DNA from: Lophium mytilinum
Lineage: Eukaryota
NCBI GenBank assembly: GCA_010093605.1
Contig: MU004188.1
Location: forward strand, 499,673-563,672
Length of the DNA stretch: 64,000 nucleotides
Reading direction: 5' to 3'
Shown: positions 24,540 to 37,387 of the stretch, one piece after another
Layout of the letters: every line of letters starts with the position of its first letter
Numbering within the stretch: position 1 is the stretch's first letter
The notes under the pieces: model-generated
The model's database searches: none
Seen by the model: only the letters and a program-made list of their open reading frames with translations
Told to the model about the DNA's origin: nothing
Position numbers and translations under genes: made by a program

Positions 24540-25811
24540 ATGGACCCCTCCACCCCGTCCTCGGCCTCACCGTCGCGGACCTCAACCCCAAACCCAGCCA
24601 CAGCCTCGCGCTTCACCTCCCAAGCCGCCACCGCCGAAGACCTACTCAAAGAACAAACCGTCGGCCTCGTGCACCTCTCCGACTTCCGCAAGCGCCGCGC
24701 CGAGGCCCTCGACCGGAAAGACAGGGAGCGCGCAGATGCAGCTCTCGTCGCGAACTCGAATCAGGGGACACCGAGCGCGTCTGGCGCGAGCACGCCACGC
24801 GACGGGTAAGTGAAACTCGTTCTCAAGCTATGCGATGGAGCGGAGCTGACTGTTAAAGTACAGAGCATCGACGCCGCGGCCCCTGAAGAAGAAGCGGAAG
24901 AATCCTGCGAAGGGTAAACTATCGTTTGGTTTCGAGGACGACGAGGATACGGGTGACAGTGCGGTGCCGACGCCCCGGTCGGCTACGCCAAATGAGCAGG
25001 GCGCTAGTGATGGCGGAGAGGAGAATGGGACTGTGGTTAAGAAGAAGATGGGCCCGAATGCGGGGGTGAAGTTTGTGCCGAAGGCGATGTCGAAGTCGGC
25101 GTTGTTGAGGGAGGCGCAGACGAGGGAGCAGTTGCGGAAAGAGTTTATATTGATGCGGGATGCGGTTAAGGCGACGGAGATGTTGCTGCCGTTTGTGTTC
25201 TATGATGGGACGAATATACCCGGGGGCGTCTGTCGGGTGAAGAAGGGAGATCCGATCTGGCTCTTCCTGGACAAGGCGAGGAAAGTTGGAGCGGAGACGG
25301 GTGGTGGTGGTGGAGACAAGAGTAGGAGGGAATGGGCAAGAGTTGGTGTGGATGATTTGATGCTTGTAAGAGGGGAGATCATAATTCCGCATGTAAGTGA
25401 CAGCTGCTATTCGGCGTCAAGGAGAGGATGATGCTAATTCAAAGACAGCACTACGAGTTCTACTATTTCATGGCGAACGCCACAATTGGCTTCGATGGCC
25501 CGCTGTTCAATTACTCGGCACAGCCCACGGCCGCTACGCCTGTGTCAACGGAATCGACACCTATAGACCCCGCTACCTTCGACCCTCTTGCCCGGCCCGA
25601 AAAGAAAAAAGAGAAGAAGTCGTTCATTCCAGACTCCGAGTTGGAAGGCTCTACTGAGGATCCTACGGTGACGAAGGTGGTGGATCGACGCTGGTACGAG
25701 CGGAATAAGCATATCTTCCCGGCGAGTGTGTGGGAGGACTACGATCCGGGCAAGGATTATAGCAAGGGGCATAGGAAGGACACGGAAGGCAATTCGTTCT
25801 TCTTCTCATGA
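24540..25811 (+). CDS. XAP5: XAP5/FAM50 family nuclear protein
   Basis: EQTVGLVHLSDFRKRR, KLSFG, PFVFYDGT, DDLMLVRGEIIIPH-HYEFY and TKVVDRRWYERNKHIFPASVWE. Two introns. Confidence 0.92.
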
Positions 25812-25897
25812 GCGTAATATGGACACACTGCCTGCGGGTTTTGCATCAAGCAAGCGATGAGTAAAGATGCCTCTAATACCCGATTCCCATAGAACAG

Positions 25898-27216
25898 CTA
25901 AAAGAGCCACTCATCTAAGCATTCTCTCTCCCTGGCAAATTTTCCGCTCCGTTTCCCAATCATACTCCCGCTCAATTCAAAAACTCGATCCGTCTGTGTC
26001 ATCCTAAGAGAATTGGTGCGGGGTGGTCGTTGAAGATGAGGCCGGAGACCCTTTCCAAAATTATCTGCACAGAGCAGGCCGATTATCAGTGTGGTAAAGG
26101 CTAGCAGCATAGTCATGGCGCCAAAAGTTGTTAAGGAGCCGAGGTTGGGTCTCGTATCATCTGTCACAGTTTGGTAGGCCTTAGCAAGTTTGTATGCGAA
26201 GTACGCCATGACAGCTAGCTGAGAGAACTATGAGAGAACATGGGTCAGAGACTATAGCTTTTAAAGCTAGATTTGGATGTTCTTATACACACCGCACACC
26301 ATAGTGCCCCGATCCTCGACTCTCTTCGAGTATAGAAGGCAGGAAGCATTACGATCACTATGAGAATAGGCATCGCAGCCACAGCTACCCAGCCCTCACT
26401 GCTTATTAGAAACGGAGGAATGATCAAGAACTGGATGTTGTACGCGAGAAAGAAAAAGACATCGACTTTCAGCATTATCAAATAAATCTATTGCGGGATG
26501 TTTGTTAGTGATTGTCAAGGTGGAGTAGAATTGAGGTTACCCTACTAGACCTACTTGAAATGTAAGGTATCGTCGTCTAAGCCGGAGGTCAGCAGCGATG
26601 GATTTCACTATCGACCAACCATAGGTATGGTATAATTTGTACGCAAAGAACCCAAGTAAGACCGTCGCCAAGGAGACCACAGATATGATGATGTCGAGCA
26701 TTACATCCATCTTGTGGGAAAATCCTTCTGGATAACCCGGGATTTCCTCGATGTTTTTGAAGATGGCGTTTAGCTGATTTCGTTGGATGACCGCAAAGTA
26801 GACAATCCCGAAATTGTATATGACCGTCGCAACTAGCTGAAAGCAGTTCTCTAGCCTGATTGCATCCCAGGTAATGATGAGCTGATAACTGAATCCGAGT
26901 ATGAAGACGGATAGATCACAAGCCACTGGCCGGAGGTTTGGTCTTCGAATCACCTCAACATATGAGCCATTGTTTCCGGAATCCAAGACCAAAGCCGAAA
27001 GCTTATTGGCTTCGCGTAAGATATGTCTGATTGTGCCATGGAATATTAGCCTCGAGCGCTCAAAGTTGAAAAGTGTTGCCTAATTGAAGCATACCCTTGT
27101 ATACCTAGCACGATGGCTGCTTGAGCAAGTACAGTCACTATGAACAAGACTGCCGCGACTATATCGAACTTGGACCGGTACCAGCGTAGCAAACGAGGTA
27201 AGCACGTTACCGCCAT
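25898..27216 (-). CDS. Multi-pass membrane protein, UPF0658-like
   Basis: Four exons splice in frame. WDAIRLENCFQL, YKLYHTYGWSIVKSIAADLRLRRRYLTFQIYLIMLKVDVFFFL and C..NFGKGLRPHL match the fungal UPF0658 pattern as I recall it. Confidence 0.75.
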
Positions 27217-27437
27217 CGCATTTTCTCTTTTCCAGGAACAAATTTCCAAGTGGGTGATGGACAAGGCTGAGGTTTATATGAAAGCGTCGATCACTAACTA
27301 CAATAAGCGTAAGCAATGCGGCTGCACTGCGCCACAGCCTTGTATCACTCCATGACCCTCAGCTCTTTTCCTGCGTCTGCTAGAAAAAGCTCCAAAATCA
27401 TATCTTGTGTGCGCAGATTACAACGTCTTTGCGAGGA

Positions 27438-30364
27438 ATGGATCACCTCCCACTGCCCGAAAATGCGGTTCCGCCTACGATAGAGACCCCTTACGTTTGC
27501 GACGAACCACCAATCAGCGTTACCGAGTTCCTCAAATACCCTACGCTTCATAGACTAGCGGTAGATCAAGACGGCATCGTCGATACGGCCGCATTCTTTC
27601 AATTGCCTTTCGACAGTCAAATCTCCATCACTCAAACCTGGTTGTACTTTGGTCTTTTACAAGCCCTATGCTGGACCCAGTTCCGCCCGGATAGCCTTAC
27701 GCGTCTCAGCCTTACGCTCGGTACGAAGGTTCTCTCCACTTCGACCTTACCTACTTATGTCTACGAGATCCGCAGGCGATTACTCCAGGACGCCAATGTC
27801 ACTGATGAGGAAGAGCAGCAGTATATCGAGTGTATGGCTGTAGCGCAGAGAAACTTCGTTGTCTTGAATCAAAGTAACGCATCCACCCAGCGAGCTCCTT
27901 TCCCCAGTATTCTACTTTCAATCAAGATTCTGTACGATTTCGTTTGGAATCTCGATGCTTGCTGCTCACCATTAGGATCTCCGAGCCCCGAGTCCTCCAA
28001 TCATATCTCAATCGTCCGATACACTTTGCCGTCTGCTGCACCGCTTTGGGCACACATGGTCAGCCAAGGCTGGTGCGTTCACCATTTGAGATTCTTGTTT
28101 AGCTTCATTCCCGAGGACACACTATACTTCCTAGCATCACTTCCCCGCTTCGGGGGTCGCACAAAAGGTCATGAAGAATGCGGTAGTCAAGACCACTGCG
28201 TGGCGTATAACGTCCTTGAGGAAACCTTCTCAAGCACTCATACTCGGAAGAGCTGTGAATGCGAACTAGTGCAAGCCTCAAGTATGAAAACGGATCTTGC
28301 CAGCATCATCAGGAGAGGAGGTATACCCCTCTTGGCCTGCTCACGAAGCTCGACAGGCGAAATCAAGTTAAAGTATGTGGAAGCGACTCCGAGTTCTCGT
28401 TATATGGCTATCTCTCACCTCTGGGCCGATGGGCTCGGACCTAAATTCCACCAATATGCCCCGCTGTCAGCTAGACCGGCTGATCGGGCAATTGAAGTCA
28501 CTTCATTTGCTTTCATCAAGGCGAGCCCCCATCTCCTGGGCCGGCGCCTTCAAAACGGCAGTGCGACGACAATGGAAAAGAGCGTTTCAGAAGATCTTCC
28601 AAGGAGAGCTACTCTTATGGATTGACGTATACTGTATTCCGGTGGGAAATGATAGGGAAAATCAAGAGCTCAAAGCAAAAGCTATTTCGCGAATGACACC
28701 TACGTATGCAGGTGCCGATTGGGTGCTCATTCTCGACCGCGAGCTCCAAGAAGTCTCTGGGACAATTGCTACGGAAGAGCAATGTGCCCGTGTGCTTATG
28801 AGCGGGTGGAATGGCCGATATTGGACCGCCCAAGAAGCTTTCCTCTCACGTCGCAAAGCCGTGCAGTTCCACAACCACGCAATGGTGTGGCGTCACGCAA
28901 GTAGCACCCAAGAGAACATCATTCATCAGAACAGTCTTGAAGATGGCGATGTATTGTCTCGCGCTCGACTCCATTCTTCAATCATGTCCCTGATTCGTCT
29001 CACCACGCCTGGAACTGTTGGAAGTACTCTGGAGTATGACAACCCCTCAAAATCACGAATACTCCAGTTTGAAGGCGTCTGGAATAGTCTTCTAGGGAAA
29101 TCTTCGAGCAAAGCAAAAGACCTACATGTAGTGCTGGCAAACCTTCTGGATCTGAGCACTCGTGAAATCCTGGAGCAGCCAGACACCGAGAGAGCAAAAT
29201 CGATACTCTGTTCCTACCAGCATCTTCCCTTAGAGATACTATTCCGAGACGGACAGAAACGACCGAATCATGATGAGAAGGTATCAGACGAAGACCGGTG
29301 GATACCCCAATTCCCAGCGGGTTCTCCATCACTAGCACTCGCTGCTTCGAAAGCGTATTTGGAGGTCCGCGGAGACGGACTCTTCATCAGCTACGACACA
29401 CTCAGCTGGAACTCCAATACGGTATTAGACCTCAATTTTGACTCGGATGAGCGTCCTTATAAATTTCGTATAGACAATGTCCAAGGAAGAAGCTACTGGG
29501 TTGAACTGCAATGCCTACCTGGAGATCTCGGCCCCTACACGAAGACATCGAGGAAGATCTTACTCCTAGAAGAGCCAATCCACTGCTCCCGCGCACCGGG
29601 GCGAGGTTTGCTCGGCGCTGGTGCCATCTTCTCCGTTTCCGAGGCCACAGAATCCATGCTCCAGCTCATATACGACTCGCCCATCGTATACGGCTTATGG
29701 AAAGGCGTATGTACCGAGTCGACATTCACTGATTGCGCCACTGCCGTTTCGTCAGTGGAGCTCACTAACTTGGACATACTTGTCAAATCCGGTGACCCGC
29801 CCTCAAATTCGCTAGACATCCTCTGCGTCCATACTAACCCACACCCTAGACATCTCCTCCTGGCCCAAACCCCACTTCAAACGCCCTCTGAACCTAACCC
29901 TTTACACAACTTCTGACGCTGTCCTTCGCCTCCTACTCCTCTATCCGATCTATGTGCTCTTCCTCACCCTCCTCATCACCTGCTTCGAAGCCGAGGTCTT
30001 CAGCATCAGCGTCTTCGGCGCCATCTTCGCGATTCTTACCACTGCTGCTTTGGCAGCGCATCTAGTGCTGTATTTCCAGTACTTGCGAAGGAGGATCCTA
30101 TACATGCAGAGTTTCGACGATCAGCTCGACCCTCAGGAGGAGTGGTGGGTTATCGTGGAGAAGTACATGGCGAAGGTGAGGTGGTGGAAAGCGCCACTCC
30201 AGTGTAGTGTTTTCAAGATAGTGGTGTACTGCGTGAAAGCGTGGAAGCCGCTGCAGAAGAACGGTGCTTGGTTCTCGGCGGCGGAGCAGAAGGAAGGAGG
30301 GGTGGAGCTTGAGGACTTGACTAGGAATGGTGAAGGAGGTGTGACGCTGAGAGGAGAGGTTTGA
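27438..30364 (+). pseudogene. HET-domain (heterokaryon incompatibility) gene with C-terminal TM helices and a single frameshift at about 28440
   Basis: QTWLYFGLL, GWC, YMAISHLWADGLG in one frame; NMPRCQL, LWIDVYCIP, AISRMTPTYAGADWVLILD, WNGRYWTAQEA in the +1 frame. No splice sites bridge the shift. Intron 29792-29849 links to a hydrophobic last exon. Confidence 0.85.
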
Positions 30365-30628
30365 TCTGTGCACACTTAGCTGTGGTATTCGTCGCTCTAA
30401 ATTTCTATGATCATGTTGGAGCATCCTAAGCAACGGCAAAGTCGTGCATGGATCTATGATGAGGCATTGTATCGAGCGAGAACACGCCCATGCTGACCAA
30501 ATTCAAGGTAATACCACAAATATACAGCTCGACGGAATGGACCCTACACCAACCCCTCTAGCACACAGAAATCTCCAAGTCCATATTTATCAGCACTCAC
30601 AAACAATCCGTCCATCTACGTCTTTCGC

Positions 30629-32291
30629 CTACCTCTTCGCAACAGCAAACGGGCATCCCCCCTTCCCCGCAGCAAACAGCTTCTCCCTCTCCGCCTCATA
30701 GTGCTCCAGCCCCTTTCCCTCCATTTTCTTCGGACCGACCTCGTGCATATGATAGCCCTCGGGCTTGTATTTCCCGCCCCCGGGAATCGGGCGCCCAGCT
30801 AGCCAGCGAACCCAGGCTTCAAGACCCCAGCGGTTGCGGAACGTCTCGGGGACGTACCAGGGCTCAGTTTCGTAGGTGGTGCTCTCGTAGCGGCCGGTAC
30901 TGTTGGGTTTCTCGGTGAAGGCAACCACGCGAAGGAAGTAGGGGCGCGGTAGGAAGAAGTTTTGGAGGAGGAATTTGCGGGTCGCGAGGATGATGTTCTT
31001 GGTGATATGGTATGGGGCTGGGGCTTCGGGGTACCTGCAATAGATGTTACTGAGAGGAGACTACCTTGCTATCATAGCTAGAGGCGAGTGATAGAGTGTG
31101 CATATCAGGAGTGACGTACTTGATGGCCTTCCGCAGCCTCTCGTCCATCATTGTCGTCACAAGTCTTTTTGCTGGACCTTTGAGAAACCCGGGAAGGTTG
31201 TAGATCAGGATGTTGGTCGTCTCGTTGGCGAGCTTGTGGTTCCAAGAGTCTGGGACTAGGTGCTTTTCCTCGTAGTCCTCGACCCACTCCTTGATATCGT
31301 GGGCGAATTCGAGGCCATCTTGGAAGCTGTTGGGGCCGTGTTTGAGAGCCGTGAAGTCGATATCCATCGAGTCGCCTATGTTCTTCCACAGAGTGCCACT
31401 GTACATACTTGATTAGCGCAAGGGGTATCTACAAGGGGCGAACGTACTATGCGCAAAGTTCCATGTCGGTGAGTGGTCGCCATTCGTAGCTGCGTAACCA
31501 TCGATCGGTTTCCAGAACGAACAGTGACAGCGTGTAGATCATGTCATTGTTGGTGATTTTGCCGGCCTTTCGATAGCCCCTAGAAAACGTGTTAGACTTT
31601 GAACCTTTCTATTAGGAGCGCTGACTCACTCGTGAAGATAATTCATCCTGGATATAGCGGAGATTGACCGATCTGAGTCGGGGGCATTTCCTGCGAATTC
31701 GTTGATGAGAACACCTGTGTCGGCATATCGCTACGAAGCAGTCAGTGGTTGAGAGTCATCGTGATTTACATCGTGAAAGCTTACCTTGGACGCGAAGACA
31801 GGTTCCGAAAACTGCTTTGTTTCACAAAGAGTCTTGCTGATCGTCGGTATACCGTATGTTCTATTGATTAGTCAACAAGATGTAATACAGTGAGTAGTAG
31901 GGATGAATAGCAGGAAGCCAATGCGACGCCTAAGCCCTAACCCGTCTTACGAGAGAGGGAATCATGGAATGGACGAAGACGGACGAAGTCCACGGAAGAA
32001 TGGGACTCACCGAAATAGAGCAAACGCCGCCGCCTTCTCGCTTAGGAAAGGAAACTCTAAGGTGGAGATGTATTTACTGATTTCAAAGGCATCTGTGGCT
32101 GTCATTCTCGAGTAGGACTCCCGTGTCTTGTATGGGAACTTGGCGTGTTGCTGCTTCATTCTACGAAATCGCAACGTTCGACACAAAAGGGAGTAGGAAA
32201 AGACCAAAGCGAGAGCGCTGATGGGCCATGATGGAAGCCTTTCAGTAATGAAAGAGAGGTCGAAAGACCATTTTTCGGAAATCGATGCCAT
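30629..32291 (-). CDS. ER-bound oxygenase MpaB-like/rubber oxygenase (DUF2236-type) family protein
   Basis: N-terminal TM anchor, then LEFPF...FALFR-TYGIPTISK, KRYADTGVLI, AISRMNYLH, GKITNNDMIYTLSLF, PWYV, and a GCPF tail. Several short introns. Confidence 0.8.
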
Positions 32292-33710
32292 GTCGAATAG
32301 TACCAAGGCACCCAGGCTAGGTTGCGATGAAAGAGGAGGCAAGCCGGGAAGAGAAGCGGGGGATTGGTCTCTAAAACTTAAGGATGTATGTGCCTGCAAC
32401 TAATATAAAAGGAAAGATGGTCGCCTCGATGGATTCGCAATCCGCGGGTGGCCTTGATACTTAGTGTAAGGTTCGTATTGCGGGAGACTTGTACATGCTG
32501 GCCTTATGCAACCGGTTTCGCGGCGTGCGGAGATAGCTGGAGCTGAACCCTATTTCCCACGCACAAGAACACGCCGAGGTATGTGGCCATAAGATTTGCT
32601 AGTCCCTTTCTCGCAAAGGTGCCTATTTCGCGACCATCTTCGGCCCTTACGCCTGTGATTTAGGACGGTTCGGCGGTCCGGATACCCACAACATGCTTCC
32701 CTGGTCGTTTTACAGGGCTATGCAGTAGCCGCACTGCGGGGGCGGGCACAACTGGGTTTGGTTCTATGTGCCGACGCAGAAACGATGTATTGCAAGCTTC
32801 ATTTCCAGCGTCACTACTGTGCATCCCCTAGACTTACATGTCCATTATTGCATGACACTTGGTCCATTTGGGAGCCCCAATCGCCACTAGGCCAATTATA
32901 CCGCTGTTTCCGACGTCTTTCGCCCGCTACTACCTATCAAGATTACAGAACACGTCGCACCTAGGCATTTCCCTCTCATTGCCCCTATCACGGTCAGCCG
33001 AGAGCTACATGAACGTTTCGTCTTGTATCATATCATCGAACCACGTAATTGCACAGTCCGAAGGTTATGCTCAAAGCTAATAGCATGCTCAGGTACAATT
33101 CGACGCTCGTCTGACAATTTTCCGGGTTTCACGACCCACGGCGAATTTTGAAAAGAAGACCAGGCTTACGTTATATAACTGCATTAACATGTCGGCTTTT
33201 GGAGGTGCAAAGTGCTCCAAAGAACTTTTCCTGAACTGATAGTCACGTGATCATACCGACCGCGCTATCAGCTATCCGAGCGCACTATTTCTGGCGCTCG
33301 GCTCCTTTATCTCGACACCCTAAAGACATAGCATAACATCTTTGTGGCTTTGGCCGTTGGTATGAGTATGGCGCATCATGATCTAGAGTGAGTACCTTCA
33401 AGAATAACAGAAATATGCATGTATGGAGGGCTGAGCACGGGCCTTTAAAGATTTATTGGAAGTGGAACCCCTTTTGAGAGGAGTCTACCGAGTTCAGAAT
33501 CACGTGATATTCAAAAGGCCGGTGCCTGAAGTACCTGTTTCAAGAAGCAGGTTACAGATCGTATCCCCTTGCGGCGCGGTAACAAGACGTCGCACGCATA
33601 TCGAAAGTCAGCGAGTCCCGCGTGTACCATGGTCTCAATGCTATCTATCCAACTGCCCTTATCCGAAGACCGTAAATCCCACAGCAGTTTTCGAGAAAAG
33701 GTGAATTTCG

Positions 33711-35510
33711 ATGGCCCAAACCATTGGCCCAACGCCTAGACCTGGCTCGGCCTTCTCGCGCCTCTCAGCCGACATCAAGCTAGAAGTATTCGATTTCGTT
33801 CGGTCGAAGATCGACCAAGGTATTTCACGCCTTGTGAGTCGGGTACGTCCATTTCCATGTGGCTAGCGAGCTTCATTCCAGCGAACAGAAGTCCCATTGG
33901 GATCTTACAGTAACGCGCTCCCCATTAGGAAACACGGAGTTTTTGTTGCTTCTATTCTTGATTACTGACTGTTCTCTTAGGAATGGAATCAGCTGATGAA
34001 GCCTTGGATGTGGAGATCCTTCACAACGAGCATGCGAGGCGCTACTTTCACAGATCTTGAGGCCCTTGCTGACGAGAGGAATGATTGTTTGCACGATATC
34101 CGAGAACTGAGCATATATAGGAGATATTCTGAGTCGGGCTCTTCTGGGCCGGGTTACCACCCCAATTTCCAACATCTCATGGATTTGCTCAACGATGACC
34201 AATTGCTCGATTTCAAGAGCGACAAAGAGTTCTCGATGAGCTCCTGGGATCTTTTGTCTCTGCTGAGGCGCCAACCAAATCTTCGCAGCCTTAGTATGCG
34301 ATTAGACTTAGGGACATCGAAGACCAGGCGTCCTGGATCACCGATCACGGTCGCTTCGTCACATCTGCTCGACACGCGCTGAGGTCTCTCAGAGTATATG
34401 TTAGAGACATGCCCAACGAAATTGAATACAATCGAGCGACACACAAGGTTGAAACAGCTTGCTCTCGCCTCTTTATAAGTTCTGGCTCTTTGCTAAGAGA
34501 TCTGGAGATATGCGGAGAGCCTTTCACCTCCATCGATTCCTCCATCGACTCAATTCTTTTGAACCACGTCCCTCGTACCCTTAAAAGCCTTAGTTTTCGC
34601 GATATACACTTCTACAGTCAAGACCATGAACTGCTCAGAACCATCAATATCGCCACGCTCCAATCACTGGAGCTTTCGAGCTGTACCGGAACTGTCACTT
34701 TCGTTTTTGCGCTCGCGGCCTCTTTTGGTCAATCGGGAAGTCAGCTCAAGGTTCTTACCGTTCGGAACACCAATGAGATGTTCAGGCCAGATCATGGCTT
34801 TCATACGGCTTTAGATTCACTACTTTCCTCATCTACGGGTCTGGAGGTATTTGAGTTCAACGACGCGCTCTGCGATAGCCTTAATTGGGAAGAAAGCCTT
34901 CGATCTCATCAAAAGAGCTTGAAAAGCCTCCTCATTGCAGGTGACTTGATGGGGATGGTAACAGATCCCTGGTCAGCGGAGCTCGTGGAGAAGGTTCTGG
35001 ACACATGCCCACACGTGGAGCAGTTTGCATACGCACTTCTAGACCCTTGGCTTGGCTGGGTCCAGAACTACGAGCTTCCTTTTTCTTTCGGGATGCACAA
35101 CTCACCAGACGCCCCGACAGTAGTCTCTACAAAATGCTTAATGTAGTTGCAGTAGCCCCGAACATTCATGTCCTTCGCCTTCTATGCGTACCGGGTTCGA
35201 CAAACGAGGAGAGGCAGTACAGACAAGATCAAGACTGGGCCGAAAAGGCGAGACTCATAGTGCAGAGCTTCGCAACACAAGTTCTAAGACGTCTTGCGGA
35301 TAAAGGCTCCAATGTGAGGGTGCTTGCTATCTCCCCCATATTTCCATGGAAGCAGGACAGTGCGATGTCAATGGCCACTACTATCCACATTACTACTACA
35401 AGCGCGAAATGACCGAAGCCGGACTCGATGGCAATGGACTTGTCAGCGCGATTCCAATTCGGGCATGTCTAGCAGAATTTCCAGACTTTACAATTTTGAG
35501 ATCGTTCTGA
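33711..35510 (+). pseudogene. F-box/LRR-like gene with three frameshifts
   Basis: F-box-like FSRLSADIKLEVFDFV, intron about 33843-33980, LRR-like LxxLxL units (LRSLSMRL, LKSLSF, LQSLELSSC). Protein-like sequence changes frame near 34375, 35110-35140 and 35360. Confidence 0.7.
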
Positions 35511-35829
35511 TTAGAGCGGAATCTGTCGGAACAGTCTAATCTGAGCAGGCAGAGAACAATTGCGTTAGGAGGGCGTCCAGAGAGCCGTCATCTCTACATA
35601 TCCAAAGACAGGAAAGCTGCCACAGCAGACGACACTTCTCTCTCCACATCAATTACCAGAGTGTGAAACCTAGTCAATGGTTTATATTCTTGTGCCGTAT
35701 CTAGTTCAATAAATTCCGTAAACTGGCCTCGCACACGACGTTGGAGCAATCTTCCACGGGATCTCCGACGTCCACGATCCAGCCAAACCCAAAGCTCATG
35801 TCCGTCCAGGATACCTCAACACTCACTCT

Positions 35830-36113
35830 TCACGTCGACAAAGACACTTTAATCTTGTTCCCTTCGAGCCTAAGAAGCTGACGTTAGCCTATACCAACGA
35901 CAGAGTCACGCCCGCGTGTCTGACTCACTCAGTCTCGTTGTATCCCTTGACCGCCCTCTCCGCTTCTTCATTCGAGCTCATGGTGATATACGCGTATCCG
36001 CCTGTGGACAGCATAATATCGCGAACGTTGCCGCAGTTTCCGAATTCGTCGTAAAGAGTGTCTTTCTTAGTGTGCGGGTTGAGGTTGTCAACCAAAACTT
36101 TTCTGCTAGACAT
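35830..36113 (-). CDS. Minimal single-RRM protein (about 74 aa)
   Basis: MSSRKVLVDNL (RNP2-like)...GGYAYITM (RNP1-like)...AERAVKGYNETE. Intron GTGAGT...CTAAC...TTAG, then LEGNKIKVSLST-stop completes the last beta strand in frame. Confidence 0.75.
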
Positions 36114-37387
36114 GCTTTTGAACAAAGAGTTAGATTGCTGACTTAGTTTGACGCTTTCATACTCTGAGCATAAGAGGCTCTTACACACATTATTAGGTTA
36201 TTTGTGAAAGTCGTTATTGGTGTTAGACCTAGAGTAGAAAGCAGCAATAATGAGGCAAGATTTGATGGGATGCCAGCGCCAACACTGGGATCCCTTCATA
36301 TTATAAGAAAGAGTGTGATGTACAGCGCAGTAAAGTAGTGCTCTCTAGATCGGGGATCTGATAATCCAGGCCCTGTTGCAAACATCTAGTCTGGTGCGCT
36401 AAAACAACAAGTCACATAATCTAACCAATATTGGGATGGACTTCATAGACTTGCGAGCATCAACTCTACGAAGTTAGTTTAGCTAGAACATAGAGTAAAG
36501 CGGAGCATAACTAGGATACTAGGCGACATCATCGATGATGTCACTAATTGATAGAGTACTAGATACCAATTGAGAAAGTGACGGATAGGGATCCAGATCC
36601 GGATCCGCACCCCTCCGCGAGATCCGCTTCAGTTCTGACACATTCTCCTTATAATCTCAGCCAAAAAGTAATGTCTTAACTCACCAGCTTCGACATCTTC
36701 TCAAAACGGCTTCAGCCGAGTGGTTTTTCAGAGATTGTGCAGTATCTTTATCTTGCGAATTGCATCTCTTTCCACGTAACTGACTATGTCACAACTGTCT
36801 TGAACCGCAAACTACATAATACGCCGGAAGTTAATGTTCTGCATAAATTCCAAGGTGCTATCGCCGCTAACCAGGTAGCTGGGCCTAAATATGTATCTGT
36901 CGACCAGACGACGAGGTGTCACATACAGCAAGTTCTAGCTCGAGAACAACGAAGCCGATAGCGACGTCCGTCCCTTCATTCTCATTTGTCGGAGAATTTA
37001 GTCTTGGACTTTAGAATTTCCGTTCCACCTCTAGATTGTGGCAGTATATTTTGAAATTTAAAGAAGTAATTGAATGTTAATACAGGATTGGACATTGTCA
37101 ATGAGTAATCTAGGCCTGCGATCATAGTCTGGGACAATCCGAGTTCAGACTCAAGATCAGGAGGTTTTATTCTAGATGCCGTCCTATCTGGAGCCTCGTG
37201 ATTCTTGTGCGGAGGAAACCTCCGATCTTGAAAGACATTCATGTTCTTCGGTGAGCTGAGTTTGAGAAGCTCTTAAAAGGCGCTGTGTCTACAATCGTCG
37301 TTCTCGCTAGTGCCCCGGCAACCGCGTCAATTCTCGCGCAAGGCTGCGGGGAGCTCATGTCGAGCATACTGAGTCGGACCATCAGCT

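Noticed and set aside
36525..36542. Perfect 18-bp palindrome GACATCATCGATGATGTC
   Set aside because: Nine-bp arms are not improbable in 64 kb (about 0.25 expected at uniform composition). No associated element seen.
36585..36630. Clustered GATCC motifs, possible transposon end
   Set aside because: No matching inverted terminus, target-site duplication or transposase remnant found.
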